A DNA stretch of 64,000 nucleotides from Eledone cirrhosa (Eukaryota). The stretch's first letter is position 1, and every line of letters starts with the position of its first letter. The stretch is from positions 264,492,001-264,556,000 of the forward strand of contig OZ024742.1 in the NCBI GenBank assembly GCA_964016885.1. Reading direction: 5' to 3'. The position numbers and the translations under genes were made by a program. Shown in pieces: positions 1-14,752 of this stretch. The notes below the pieces were generated by a model, which was not told the DNA's origin, made no database searches, and saw nothing but the letters and a program-made list of their open reading frames with translations.

Positions 1-112
1 TGTGTGTGTGTTGAAGTTTCCGTTGAAAATTGAAAAAGTCATAGGAGTGAAGAGTGTTCTATGTAAGTTACAGAGCTAAATTTAATGTATAATAAACAAT
101 ACAATATAAATA

Positions 113-180
113 CCTCATTACCAGAGGTTTCCCGAATAAGACGAATACAAGAAACGTCCTCATTCGTTCGTCAGACAAGG
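113..180 (-). ncRNA. Type I hammerhead ribozyme motif
   Basis: Minus strand reads ccttgt-CTGACGA-acgaatgaggacg...cgtcttattcgg-GAAA-cc tct gg-TA-atgagg. Stem I ccttgt/atgagg (two GU pairs), long stem II, short stem III, GUA triplet. Confidence 0.75.
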
Positions 181-690
181 CAATTTAAAACAGTGAAATA
201 TTTAAAAAATCTCCTCAAGAAAGGCAAAAGTTTAACGGGCAAAAAAAATATATAAATAAAAGTAATGCAAGTGATATATAAACATAAAATAAGGAAATAT
301 AGTAAGGGTATGTGTATAAATGTGTGTATATGCACCTACAAATGTACATATGTGTGTATGTACAAATGCATGTGTATAGTGAAAAAATGTGTGCGTAAGT
401 ACATACATGAAGGCAAGCAAATCAGTGTATGTGTGACCACAAATACGTATATAATATATGTTGAAAAAAGAAATTGTAAGATAATAGAGTTAACGTACAT
501 ACAGACTCAGGGACTAAGGATTGAAATATATACACATACAAGTATGAAAGCACGCGTATAAACACACACACACGCGCAACCACATACATGCAAGTGATAT
601 ATACAGGGAAGGGAGTGTATCAGTAAAAGCAGTGTCAGGCTGAAGGTCGACACATATATAAAAAATATATCTATATTCCCTGTATATATT

Positions 691-1053
691 GGTATTCGTG
701 CTAACACTTACCTATGGTCATGAATCTTGGGTAATGACCGAAAGAATTCGATCACGAATACAAACGACCAAAATGGGGTTCCTCAAAAGGGACTTTGAAG
801 TAACGTTACTCGATAGAGTGCGTAGCTTGGAGGGCAAAAAGTCACTCTAGGTAGAGCCGCTACTTTTCTAAATTGACAGATTACAGCTCCGAGATGGTTG
901 GATAACATCTATGAGCTCGGCTGGTCTCGCTTGGGGATCCAGTGGGATCATTTGGAGACATGTTTCTGACAGGACCCGCTGGAAGGCGTACTTTAGGACT
1001 CTGCCTCTACGACCCACCCATGGATAAATGGGCAAAGAAGAAGAAGAAAAGAA
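691..1053 (+). mobile_element. RTE-clade LINE 3' fragment (Rex3/Expander-like), internally deleted
   Basis: Translates LTYGHESWVMTERIRSRIQTTKMGFLKR...LLDRVRS and ends in an (AAG)n tail. Confidence 0.75.
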
Positions 1054-1832
1054 ATTGCCTGTTAATCTGTTTGTTTAGGGCATGAAAACACATCAATATA
1101 TCTATGCTTCCACGACATTGCTAAACTGTAAACTATATTGGCAATGATTGTGATTATTTTAGCTAAATGGTTTCTTTTTATTAAAACACAACAGTAAGCG
1201 AAGTTACAAAATGTTTTTCACGAAAAGCAACTTGCAACTTATGTACGGGTCAAAAGCTGAATCTTTTTAAATAGTATAAACACAATGGAAGTGCCACTTA
1301 TCTACCTCTGTGGTATATATGTGAGTGTATGCAGCACTCTATGGAAATATTGGAACATTTTATGAATCTCATTATTATCTATTTCTTCGAGACCTATAAG
1401 TCATCAAATCTGAACACTCACTAACAGAACACTTGCTTAAAGTTGTCAAGTTATCGAATCTATGTATTCCACTTGTATGTGAAATAAATAGATATTTTTC
1501 CTTATCCTTGTTATGTATACTATTTATATTTAACGTATAATCTAGTAGCCAGAGTAATATACAGGCTTTGAAGTTTCAGAAGGCCCTGCGCAAAATAATT
1601 TCTTACTGTAGTAATATATTGTGCTCAACTTTCATGACTGATTAATTGATCTAATACATTTTAAAATAAATTTGAAGCAATTCCAATTCACTGGTCAATC
1701 GCTTATAAAGGGCAAAAGTTCATTTTTGACGGAAAACGATATGAACTTATAAAAACATTTGATTTCGTGGTTTATCTATTTAATACAATATTTATATTAG
1801 TGTCATTTGTGTCGGCGTGAGTATACTGTTTG

Positions 1833-1944
<112 letters not shown>

Positions 1945-2669
1945 ACAAGTAATATATTATATTGTATTATGTAATACATTATTGGTCACTGGGTAGTGTA
2001 TTATAAAGGTGAATATAACAGTTTGTTTATGGAGGTAATTTGAACTCGCACTGATGCAATATGATTTCTCGCTTGAATTTAATACCATGTGATACGTAGA
2101 GGCCAGTGGCTGATATCGGCAGTAAAAGCAAGAAATTTATTTTTGGTGACACACAAGTATGCTTGAGGACTCTGCCATCACGACCTTCCCAGGAAAACGT
2201 GGTTGAATTCAGAGGAATTCTCATACATTATAGATTGATAATTGTTCAATGTTTTGTAAATAATATTGTAATCAACAATTATTTAAAACTTTTACAATTG
2301 CCATTAAACCGTTAAGCACTAAACAAACAGGAGTCCTATCGATTTACACTCACCAATTTTAATTATAGAGGAATATCGAAGATATAATCGAAAATGTAAA
2401 TAGTATCGTTATCGAATATAGAAATATTCGATAACGATGCTATTTACATTAAATGTTCCTTAAATGACGATATCTTCTTGCAGCCTTACTTATATAAAAC
2501 TTTGCCAAAACTTTAGGTCGAAGAAATACCACAGTCTTGAACAGTTGTTATTTCTCTATAAAACAACAATAGGAAATACAGTGGAGTACACATAGACTCC
2601 CAGAATGTAAAAAAAAACAAAAAAAACATAAAAAAGGCATCAATCATCATTTCACAAGCCAACGAAGGA

Positions 2670-3070
2670 ACAACCATGTGGTCACTCGACCAGCTTAAGA
2701 TGACGAGGAAAATGTCCATCTAGCTGACACGCCCAACCTCTTAGAAAAATACACTTTAGATATTGTGGTACTAGATACGTTGCACAAAGGAGAAAGATGG
2801 GAGGGTCACGACTGGAATGCTTTTGATCATAGGTCTGCTCTCTTTTATTCTCTCTAGTGGCTCGATCAACGAGACAGCTAATGAAACTAACGTGCAAGTG
2901 GCTGAGCATTCTACTGACAAGTACACCTTTAACGTAATTAATTTTATTACAGGTACCGTTCATCCGCCGGGCTTCCAAACAGTTTCCGTCAAGCCAATTT
3001 CACTATGATTATGGCTGGAAAGCCTTTGGTTATAGGGCTGCTCATCCAGAATTAACCTGGGGCTAAAGAG
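2670..3070 (+). repeat. Interspersed repeat (SINE/LINE-tail-like); related copies near 3190-3370, 8700-8880, 12760-12980 and 52340-52510 (reverse)
   Basis: Shared motifs gtggtc..gctagaaata..caaat and ggtcac..ctggaatg..tgatcat recur at these positions. Confidence 0.5.
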
Positions 3071-3948
3071 CACATAAACAGTACATACGAAAAGACGATC
3101 GCGCGCAGCAAGAAAGTGTTACATAAGCACACTATCTTGCGCAACATTGCAAACACATACATACACAGCGACAAATATTCAAGCCAACGAGGGCATCCTG
3201 CGTGGTCGCATGACATGCTAGAAATAAGTCAAATTTCCCTCAAATTACATCCTACATCTCAGAAAGCACACATTAGATAATGAGGTCTTGGATTCTTTGC
3301 AGATAGAGAAAAGACGGAATGGTCACAGCTGGAATGATTCTGATCATGTCTCCTCAATTAGGGTTGACAGCAACAAAAAAGTTTTATATATAAACTCGAG
3401 TTCATATGAACACATGCACTTTTATGCACGCACACACATAAACCATGGCAAACACAAGAACAAATAAATACGTAAGTGTATATATTTTCACACAGACACA
3501 CACAATAATCGAACGCAGGCACACACATAGCATGCAACACACGCACACTACTAGAATGTATTATATATAGACTTTTATATAAAATTTACACACATATATC
3601 GCCATCACAAACACACACACAAAGTGCACAGCGCACTGACAGATAAACGTAACTATGACCTAAATATATATAGCACACACGTATACATATATCTATACCA
3701 CTCTAGCATTAGTGTGCTTAATAGCAGCTCGTTAGCGGTACGCACACATACACACACACACATATGTGATACAAGGTTGCTATCAGTCGTATACATAGTC
3801 TAATTAAACGTCACACACTCATACATAATACAAGGCGGCCGTCACTCTCAGTCATTCATACACATAAGATACAAGGTTACCATCACTGGCGCACACAAAA
3901 TTACGAAGCTGCCATCACTCTTACACACACACTCTCTCCCCTCCTCTC

Positions 3949-4130
<182 letters not shown>

Positions 4131-4708
4131 CACTTATGCACAGACGTAAATACATATACACAAATAATGCAATACTGCCATCACCGTTTCTTTCTCTTTC
4201 ACACAAACATATACATTCATAGAAATAATACTACAAGCTTGCCATCAGACGTACACTCTCATTCACACACCTACATATACACATATTCTCGTTTCTCACT
4301 CTCGCCCCCCTAACTGGACTGCGGTGCACATTTTACCATCGGCTTCTCACTGTTTTAGCACCTCTAACCCTGAATGAATGGGATTTCTTACCTTAATACC
4401 CAGCTTTACTAAGGAAATGGAGAATGTCAACTTTGATTTTAGTATCTTTGGTAAGTTGTTTTTATTTTCCTTCATATATTTCTTATACATACGTCTGATC
4501 CCCCTTTCAAATATTACCTCGCTGTGCACTTTACTGTTGTGTCACTGTTTCCCTTTCTGTGTTTATATCTGTTTTAAGTGTGTACCCCTGTGCGTGTATG
4601 TGTTTATGTTTGTGTACGATTCAGTGTCAAATGTGTGTATTGACATATTGAAATACGCGTTGCTGTATGTGTATGATCATGTCATTTTTGTTGTGTAACC
4701 CCCCCCCC

Positions 4709-4745
<37 letters not shown>

Positions 4746-5179
4746 AATATATGTGTGTGTGCGTTTATATATGTATATATATATATATATATATAGTGTG
4801 TGTGTGTGTGTGTGATTGTGTATGTTTTCTCTCTTGTTTATTCCTCTCACTCGCTCGCATTTCATCGTCAATTTCATCTACACATCACCGTCACTAAGAT
4901 CAACAAATGAGTTTCATCTATACACGTGTAAAATTTACAAGCATATACGTATTTCTGTGTCTATGTATGTATATACGCACATATGCACGTATTTATGTGT
5001 ACATGTATTTGTGTAGCTCCGTGTAGACGCATGTCAGTGTGTGTGTATAGGTCCCGTGCGTGTGTGAATATCTCAATTTCTTTACGTATCCCTCAATCAT
5101 TTATATGTAAATACATAAACCGATTATGCACATAAGTTCGCGTGCACACACACTTGCACACAAATATAAATATAAAGAG

Positions 5180-5184
5180 TTTAT

Positions 5185-5229
<45 letters not shown>

Positions 5230-5336
5230 TATACACACCCACACACATATGTACACATATATATATATGTGTGTGTGTGGTGTGTGTGTGTATATATATA
5301 TGTATATATATACATATATATATGTATATATATATG

Positions 5337-5383
<47 letters not shown>

Positions 5384-5398
5384 GTATATATGTATATA

Positions 5399-5487
<89 letters not shown>

Positions 5488-5676
5488 GTATATATATATA
5501 TATATGTATATATATATGTATATCTGTATATATATATGTATATATGTATGTATATATATATATATGTATATCTGTATATATATATGTATATATGTATGTA
5601 TATATATATATGTATATATGTATGTATATATATATATGTATATATGTATATATATATATATTTGTATATATATATG

Positions 5677-5711
<35 letters not shown>

Positions 5712-5768
5712 ATATATATATATATATGTATATATATGTATATATATATATATATATGTATATATATG

Positions 5769-5819
<51 letters not shown>

Positions 5820-5871
5820 GTATATACTTATGTATATATATATGTATATATATATGTATGTATATACATAT

Positions 5872-5909
<38 letters not shown>

Positions 5910-5961
5910 GTATATACTTATGTATATATATATGTATATATATATGTATGTATATACATAT

Positions 5962-6005
<44 letters not shown>

Positions 6006-6013
6006 ATACATAT

Positions 6014-6078
<65 letters not shown>
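5180..6078. repeat. Large degenerate (TA)n/(TATG)n microsatellite
   Basis: About 900 bp of TA repeat with internal block duplications; source of the IY-rich ORFs. Confidence 0.97.
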
Positions 6079-6080
<2 letters not shown>

Positions 6081-6241
6081 TAGAAGTTGTATTTAATTTG
6101 TTGGAAGTCCGACAAACATAAATGTTTATAACTGATTTAGAGCACTCAACAAGTTACTGGAGTAAATTTACTATACAATGAATTTCCAACCGATAAGGTA
6201 TGATTTTCATGAATACGTCTCTATTTATAAAACAAACTTTG

Positions 6242-6306
6242 TATTTTATCTGATGAAAGCGTACCAATGTTGTCTTGGTTGCCCTTGAAATATATATAAT
6301 AAAATA
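6242..6306 (+). ncRNA. Type I hammerhead ribozyme motif (slightly degenerate)
   Basis: tattttat-CTGATGA-aagcgtaccaa...ttggttgccctt-GAAA-tatata-TA-ataaaata. Stem I is 8 bp and stem III is palindromic. Confidence 0.65.
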
Positions 6307-6576
6307 AATATGGTTTTATAAATATAGTTTCCATTTATTTAATATCATTGTTTATATATATATATATATATATATAATCAAACATTAATACAACTACATG
6401 TCGAGTCCAACTAAACGTCTTTGATCATAGGGGTTAAATATCACCAGCTACTCGTGTGTGTGTGAATCATAGGACAGACGTATGAATTGGTGTATAGAAT
6501 GTTTATGTACGCTTACACACCTATCTATCTGTCTATCTATCTGTATGTATGTATGTATGTAGGTATGTATGTATGT

Positions 6577-6611
<35 letters not shown>

Positions 6612-6965
6612 AAAAAAATGTAAACAGAAACAACAAAGCAAACAGCACAATAAGATGAAGAAATAATAGAATTACACACCAAGATTTATATAATTACATC
6701 CATCCATGTATACATACGTGTATATATGTGTGTGTGTGTGTGTGTGTGTTTGTTGTAATATCACACCGCGTATATATGTACTATTACCACACATACACAA
6801 ACACACACACACTGAATTTCCTGTTATGTTCACCTATCACTAGACATGAACCTTACGCAAGTATGCAAGTACTTTTAATGCATACTGTACTAGGACGTTG
6901 AACTCTATCCCCCCTCCTCCACACAGATATTTATATATACACACATGTATGTGTGCGCGCGCGTG

Positions 6966-7076
<111 letters not shown>

Positions 7077-7368
7077 CTTTAATCGGAAGGAATACAGTTC
7101 CTTTGCGAGACAGGTGTGAGAAGAGAGAAGGAAGGGTGGATGCTATCTTCAAACTGGAGACCTTGGCCCGAATGGTTGCAACAGAGTGAATTCCATTAAA
7201 GACACACTGAGTCAATAATGATGTCAGAACTGGGCGAAGGATTAAGGCTAACGCTTGCACACACACACATATATATATACATGTGTAAATACATATATAT
7301 ATATATATGTAAATACACACATACATATATACACATGTATATATATGAAAATATATATATATAAACGC

Positions 7369-7401
<33 letters not shown>

Positions 7402-8969
7402 CGCACACACGCATACATAGATCAATACACAGATACATACACTCACACATACATATTTATATATCGATCGATCGATCGAATCGATAGAGAGAGAGAGAGA
7501 GTGGATGATGAACTAACACGTGGTGTAATCAAAATGAATACAATGTGTCCACTATTATTTTATTTTACCTAAACCATTACCTGCTAGCCAACATGTTTGA
7601 AACATTTCGATGGTTACCCCCAGTAACGTGTAGATGCAATAAATTATGGTGAATTTGTAGGGGTGGACATCTCCGTAGATCTGTATTCTGTTTCTAAACT
7701 AAACTTACAAACAAAGCTTGAATGTGAAAACATTACGCAAATTCATTGGTATATAAAAATAGCATTGTTACTTAGGTAACTAAGATGCTTCAGTTTTTTA
7801 TTTTCTCTATTTGCAACCCTAATATATTATAAATTTGTGTTTGCAGTCTAACCTTGAAAATGTGACTATTTATTTAAGCTTACTTGTACTATGAATAGTT
7901 CTGCTTAACGGCATAAGATTAAATGAGAGAATATACACGATAATGTTTCTTGCTTGTTTAAAAATCTAGGGATGGTTCACATTATATTAGTAATAATGTG
8001 ATTCGTTCAATTGATCTTATATATGAGAAACATAATAATTATGCTCAATTATTGTATGAAATATGGAACCAGGATAACAAGTATATTAATGACATCCATT
8101 AGAAATGATTTAAGTCTGCTTATTTTCTGGTGCTGCGAGTATTGAATCAAATTTAAACACATCGTCAATCACGAAAGTTGAAACCAGTCTAGGGCATGGG
8201 GGAAGAAGGGCGCGCCCCGCGGTCAAGACCACAAAAACAAACTATTTTTAAAATTTACTGTCAGTGATATTCTTGAAAGCTTATAAACATATAGTGATGC
8301 ATACGAGACGAGGCCCTAAGCTATTTAAAACTTAGAGGTCCCTTGATAGAATATTACATCATGTATGCCTTTTAATTATTTTGGTCACCTTAGAATGTGA
8401 GACCCTGTTTAGCTTATGCCTAAATCCGACAGTGACTGTATTCAAAAAGGAAGTGTAGAATCATTAAATCGGTATTGATAGTTTGCAAGCATCTTATATA
8501 AAGTGTATTGGATCCCGGACGTATTGCGAGTATTGAATCAACCATCTGTTCATAAAAGTTGAGAACATTAAAATACTATAGTATGTAGTAAAGCATTAAA
8601 TGCCGGCCCTCTGAAAATACAAAGACAGTAGCTACTAAGTTAATCCAGGATTGTATATACAAAACAATATGACATACATCAACAGTTTGCTTATACATAA
8701 AACACAGCAACACTAGCAAACTAGTGGACATCAAGAAATAACAGCCAAATCATCCTCAAATCACACTCAACTATCTTAAAAATAGGAAGAACATGCTGGA
8801 ATAATGTAGTCCTAAAAACATTAAATCATAATAATAGATTGGATGGACACGACTGGAACAGAGCTGATCTGGAGCTAAGCAACAGCACCTGATACTCTCC
8901 ATACACACGCACACATGTATATCATGACTCATACATTGTTCACTTTCCTGACATTTGTACATTATTTTA

Positions 8970-9155
8970 TTGGATTGGCAGTATCGGTAGAGGGTCGGAC
9001 GCCATGCTTTGCAGCAAAGAGTTACGGCCCTTTATGGTCTGAGTTCAAATCCCGCCGAGGTTAACTTTGCCTTTCATCCTTACGGGGTCGATAAAATAAA
9101 GTACCAGTGCACTGGGTAATTGTTGGCCTTGTGCCTAAAGTAGAAACAATTATTA
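8970..9155 (+). mobile_element. tRNA-derived SINE (family A)
   Basis: A-box TGGCAGTATCGG, B-box GTTCAAATCC, conserved body gcctttcatccttacggggtcgataaaataaagtaccagt, (ATT)n tail; many copies in the window. Confidence 0.85.
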
Positions 9156-9179
9156 TACATATATATATATTTACACACT

Positions 9180-9620
9180 GGATACTGCAGGCTTCCCTCC
9201 CAGTTCGAGCCGGCGGGGCTGGACCGAGGAGACGGCAAAAGGTCAGACGGCATGACCATCTTCCTGTTCCGCGGTGGTAAACCCCTTATCTGGGATACCA
9301 CATGCAGCGACATTTCTCCAGCGGCAACCTGGTGCAGTCTGCGACTAATTCAGGCTCTGCCGCACTTCGGACCGAGGAGGGTAAACTCTCCAAATATCGG
9401 TCGCTCTCCGACAAGTTTGTGGTCGAGCCCGTAGCAGTAGAGACGGTTGGTGTCCTTGGCCCTAAGACCACCTCCCTACTCACCACCTTCGGCACGGAGT
9501 TGGCTACCCTTAGGTGTGAGCCTCGCACGCTGTAATGGGTCTTCCAACCCGTCTCCCTCGCCATCCTCCGGGGAAATGCCTTCTCTATTCTGCGCCTGGG
9601 CCCCCATTTCCTTATAATAG
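9180..9620 (+). mobile_element. CRE-clade non-LTR retrotransposon 3' fragment (restriction-like endonuclease), frameshifted
   Basis: Peptides [47 protein letters not shown] and SLAILRGNA match the PD-(D/E)xK REL domain of CRE elements. Confidence 0.8.
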
Positions 9621-10074
9621 TGAGAGATGGGGTGAGCGAGAGAGACGGGGGCAGTGAGTGAAAGAGAGAGAACAACACGTATTTACTTATTCTTTGTATG
9701 CATCACTATCTCCATGTTTATAAGCTTTCAAGAATGTCACTGACAATAAATTTTAAAATAGTTTGTTTTGCGGTCTTGGCCGCCGGGCATGCCCTTCTGC
9801 TCCCATCCCTAGGCCTAAAGGCCAATCATCCTCCCCTTCACCCCGCCCTTCTCTTCTGCGACACTAGAGTTCTTGCCACACCCTCCCGTTCTTTTTTCTT
9901 TCCTTTTCTCTATATTTTCCTATTTTTCTTTTGTTTCCTTTTCTTTTTTATTATTGTTGTTATTATTATTATCATTATTAAGTTTAAAACTAACTTGACA
10001 TTCCAATGAACTAAAGAATAAATTAAAAAGGTGTTTCTACGTATTAACATTTCACTTTTGTGTGTAAGAATATA

Positions 10075-10241
10075 CCGTATTTCCCGGCGCCGAAGACGCT
10101 TCGTCCTCGACGACGCACCCTAATTTCGACAAACAAAAGTTTGAAAAATAATAATAAACAACCTTCGCCCTCCATGACGCATGGTAGATATTTTTAGTTT
10201 TATTTTAGGAAAAAAGTAGTCTTCGACGCTGGGAAATACAG
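10075..10241. mobile_element. Tc1/mariner-superfamily (pogo/Tc2-like) MITE
   Basis: TIRs ccgtatttcccggcgccgaagac / gtcttcgacgctgggaaatacag, flanked by TA. Confidence 0.8.
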
Positions 10242-10782
10242 TACCGTGCAGAAGTATATATATTTGATTCATTTTCTATCACAGGATTTAAAATTTAAAT
10301 ATATGTGTTAAAAAAGCAAACACTACCCACATACCGTTCATTCATATACTCTCTCTCTCTCTCTCTCACTTTCTCTCTCGCTCTCACTCTCTCACTCACT
10401 CTCTCTCTCTCTCTCTCTTACACACACACACATATGTACTTAATATCTATAAAAATGTGTATATACATACATACACATACACACACATACATGTGACACA
10501 TCCTAAAATGTCACCTAATCAGGAATCACTTTTTGGCAGTTGGCTACTTTAAGTGGAGTTTTCTGCATTGTCAGCAATTTGAGTGACATATCAGCTTAGA
10601 GGTATTCCCCACTTTGGAAAGCTACGGGTATTGCCCTTATATTAGAGAATGAGGATTTATGGATTAAGGAAGATGTCACAAATTGACGAAAGAGGAGTCG
10701 ATATCAATATTGTGATATTTATTATTGTTTTTATTCATTTGTGATATTCAGTTTTCTTATACGGTTATGAAATGAAAGTAAA

Positions 10783-11120
10783 AGCGCGTGGTTTAGTGGT
10801 TAGAGTTTCCTGTTCACGATTGTAAGTACTTGATTTCGATTCCTGGTGGCACGTTGTGCCCTAAGCAAGATAATTTGTTACACGATGTTCGAAACTGCTT
10901 GCTCGGAAAATAAAAATTAGTTGTGTCTGTAATTCAAAAGGCTAACTTTGCACACGGTGTTTCGCGTTGAATCTCCCTGAGAATTACGTTACGTGTACAT
11001 TTTCTGTGGAATGCTCAACTACTTGCACGTGTATTTCACGAGCTGGTAGTTCTGTTGATCGAACAATTGGAAGACTTGTCGTCGGAACTAATAAAGGTCC
11101 AGCACGCGGCAATCAACTAC
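10783..11120 (+). mobile_element. tRNA-derived SINE (family B), degenerate; related copy about 38780-39110
   Basis: tRNA-like head gtggtttagtggttagag...ttcgattcct. The tail gaatctccctgagaattacgtt...ctgtggaatgctcaactacttgcac is shared with the copy near 38950. Confidence 0.65.
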
Positions 11121-11125
11121 ATAAA

Positions 11126-11498
11126 ATAATTGTTTCTACTTTTTGGCAGAAGGCCAGCAATAACCCAGTGTATTACTGGTACTTTATTTTATCGACCCCG
11201 TAAGGATGAAAGGCAAAGTTAACCTCGGCAGGATTTGAACTCAGAATAGAAAGGGCCGTAACTCTATGCGTCACAGCATGGCGTCCGACCCTCTACCGAT
11301 ACTGCCAATCCACAAAATAATTGTTTGTACTTTAGGCACAAGTCCATCAAAATTATCCAGTGCATTACTGGTACTTTATTTTATCGACCCCATAAGGATG
11401 AAAGGCAAAGTCAACCTCGGCGGGATTTGAACTCAGACCGTAAAGGGACGTAACTATGCTAGAAAGCATGGCGTCCAACCCTCTACCGATACTGCCAA
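11126..11498 (-). mobile_element. Head-to-tail tandem pair of family A SINEs
   Basis: Two reverse copies at about 11126-11312 and 11318-11498. Confidence 0.85.
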
Positions 11499-11625
11499 TA
11501 ATGTTACTGAAACAATATCGTGCATGTAGACGTGTGGGTATATATATATGAAACTAATACTAATATCTTTTGTACTGATTCTTCGTTTTTCTGTTTTTTG
11601 TTCTCTGTTTATTTATTAAACTATG

Positions 11626-11660
<35 letters not shown>

Positions 11661-11877
11661 TTATATGTGTATATATATATATGTATATATATATATATGT
11701 ATATATATGTATGCATGTATGTGTGTGGGTGTGTTTGTATGATATATTATATAACACAGATTTACTTGTCACTCTTTTCAATGTATTTAAATGAGAACCG
11801 TGTTTTTTACTATAGAGATAACAGTTCAAATTCTATGGATTGTTTGATTGTACAAACACACACACACACAAACACAC

Positions 11878-11928
<51 letters not shown>

Positions 11929-12007
11929 CGCATGCATACCTGTGTGCTTAAGGAACTCATCACATCTATAGTAATAAAAGTTCAAGAGAAATTGATAGAT
12001 GTAGGTG

Positions 12008-12050
<43 letters not shown>

Positions 12051-13699
12051 TTGTCTTGTGTACGTAGACTCTGTGCTGTGTGTGTACATACATGTAGACA
12101 CACACTTTGTCAGACGTCATTGTCAGTCAATTATGATTATTTTTTAAAACAAACTTCCTTGATTTTTCATCTTTTACCTATTGGTGGATTAAACGGATAT
12201 GTCGTCTTATATTCAGACCAGACTATATGGGGGGGGGGGGGGGGGGCAGGTGCTGTTGTTGGCATGGGCCTATGGTTTTTAAGGAGAAGGAGATTATTTA
12301 ATTTATGTTCCGTTACTTAATACAAGTACACTACATGTACATGTATATACCCGCCCGTAATCTATACTGACACTGAAATAGGACCTACGTTTCACATTTG
12401 ACGTGGGCCTCATTTCAGCTTTAGGGGCAAACATTTTATATCTGATCTGGGCCTATTCTTGGCTTTGCATGAGTCTAAGAATACCAACGCATTAGATTTC
12501 AGACTATCTACTGATTTCCAAACATTTTATCGCTGATCCCTTATACGATTTTCAAACAGTCCCCGAATCCATTGCGAAAAACCACCATCACCTTCATTTT
12601 AATAATATATTACATAAAACAAGTTTTCTTTTTACACAGAGATTTTATTCATATTAAAAAGAACAAATTGTTATTAAATTCCTTTAAAAGACACCTTATC
12701 TCACGGTGTCTTTTAAAGGAATTTAATAACAATTTGTTCCTCGGAAACCTTTTTGGAAAACACTGAAGAAGGCTCTATGTGGTCGCTTATCCTGCTAGAA
12801 ATAACAAATAAATCCACTTAAAATTACATCCTACTATCTTAAAAGAAAAGAAAGAATCCACATAATGTCGTTTGGGGTACGTCACTCTGTTTCGAATATA
12901 TAAAAAAGAAAATACGGTCACATATGACTTGACATTGATCATATTTTGAGGCTACGTAAACAAAACCTGACTTGTGGTTATGCCACAGAACTTCCGTGTC
13001 TCGCTGCCTTGTGGCATATACATCAGTAATATATTAGGTGAAATTGTAGAACAATATGAGTGTGTGTGTGGTGTGTGTGTGTATGTGTGCGTGTGTGTGT
13101 ATTAATACACATACACCCACATTATTCATAATAATATGTATGCATACGCACACATATATATAAACCTGTTATATAGATATTGTGCGTTAGATCAAGAGCA
13201 TCTTAACAACATTATAGGCCCCCGGGCAAAGCAGAGCACTGGGGCAACCACTCACAGGAATAAAAATACAAATGATCAATATAATTAAAGATATATTCAT
13301 TGTATTGGTATTTCCAACGAAATCAGTGTTTATACATTAAAAACATGTGGTACATCAAAGATTAATTAACACAAACGTTTGAACAATATAACATGAGCCT
13401 TGAAAACACACAAACATTTCAGCACAAATGATATTCAATTCGTAAAACATATAGACAGAGATTGCGCAGTATCAAATTACGATGAACTATTTATTAATAA
13501 TCAGGTGGTCAATACAAATATTTGCGAAATTTCTTTGAAGAGAATTGCTTTATAATTGGCTTAAAATCAATGGTTTTCAGGATTTCATTTTCCATACACA
13601 CGAGTCAACGCCAGTTCAAACGCTGCTGTCCCATTGTGCTGCGAAGCTGATTTTTTATAAGTCTCGATCTTAAAAATGAACGTTCTCCTCCACAGTCTT

Positions 13700-14440
13700 G
13701 GAAATTGTTTTATACCGAACATAATATTTACGGTAAAAAATGCTTGCATTTCCGCAGCATCTGTCGGTCGCCAAACAGATCGGGTTTTCCTCGATTTGAA
13801 ATCTGTTGTTGGGCATATCGATTAATCTCTTCTGCCACAACTTCGAAGAAAGTTTGTGGTAAAAACAAAAAGAAATAATTCAGTGCTTGAGCATCTGGAG
13901 CTAATGTGTGTTGGGGACCAGTAATTTGAATAAAATCGGGAACATATATTAGTGTGGTATTTTCAACCACGTTGCTGTAATATTTTCAATGGCGTCCTGG
14001 AGACCTCCTTCGTTTTCACTTTCAAAACAATCATCGTCGGACGAAATTTCAGAAATATAAACATTCAGATTCATTTGAAGATAAATCACTAATATTATCG
14101 TTTGTTTGTTGTTTATTCTGAATGTCGTCGTGTGTAAAACTTTCAAAGTCGGTATCGCTACTTTCATAAGCCATGTTGATACAAAAAGAAAATTTTTTTG
14201 CACATTCAAAATTAAAAAAACACTTGTTGTTTTAACTTGTTTCACTATATTAAGTGTTAATTTTCGCGATAAGGGCCTAATCTCGCAGCAGTCTCGAATT
14301 GACGAGATTTTGATGATGGTTTGTTTATTTTTAGAACGATTTTTTAGTGTGGGCGATTTCGGGCGATTTCGGGCGGTTTGAACAAATGAAGGAGAAATAA
14401 TTTCGGACGATTTCGGGCGGTTTTAACACTAAAGGGTTAA
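13700..14440 (-). mobile_element. piggyBac 5' fragment nested in the hAT element
   Basis: TTAA plus CCCTTT terminus near 14436. Peptides LNYFFLFLPQTFFEVVAEEINRYAQQ and EMQAFFTVNIMFGI resemble the PGBD transposase N-terminal region. Confidence 0.75.
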
Positions 14441-14567
14441 ACCAAATATTCGCTGAGGGTCGCCATTCAAATCTTACCAAACAAAAAACTGTAATGGTAT
14501 CATGATGCTCAATTGCCACAGAAACTGAATGTTCTAATTTAAAAAAATTTGTATTATGTAAGGAATT

Positions 14568-14752
14568 TTGGATTGACAGTATCGGTAGAGGGTCGGACGC
14601 CATGCTTTCCAGCATAGTTACGTCCCTTTACGATCTGAGTTCAAATCCCGCCGAGGTTGACTTTGCCTTTCATCCTTACGGGGTCGATAAAATAAAGTAC
14701 CAGTAATGCACTGGGTAATTGCTGGCCTTGTGCCTAAAGTAGAAACAATTAT
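14568..14752 (+). mobile_element. tRNA-derived SINE (family A)
   Basis: Near-identical to the 8970 copy; flanked by attatgta(a/g)ggaatttt. Confidence 0.85.

Noticed and set aside
5101-6115. Long IY/YI, VC, TH and ER-rich ORFs here and throughout the window
   Set aside because: They are translations of dinucleotide microsatellites, not genes.
8970-9155. tRNA genes at A/B-box motifs
   Set aside because: No cloverleaf; long conserved non-tRNA body and tail in many copies indicate a SINE.
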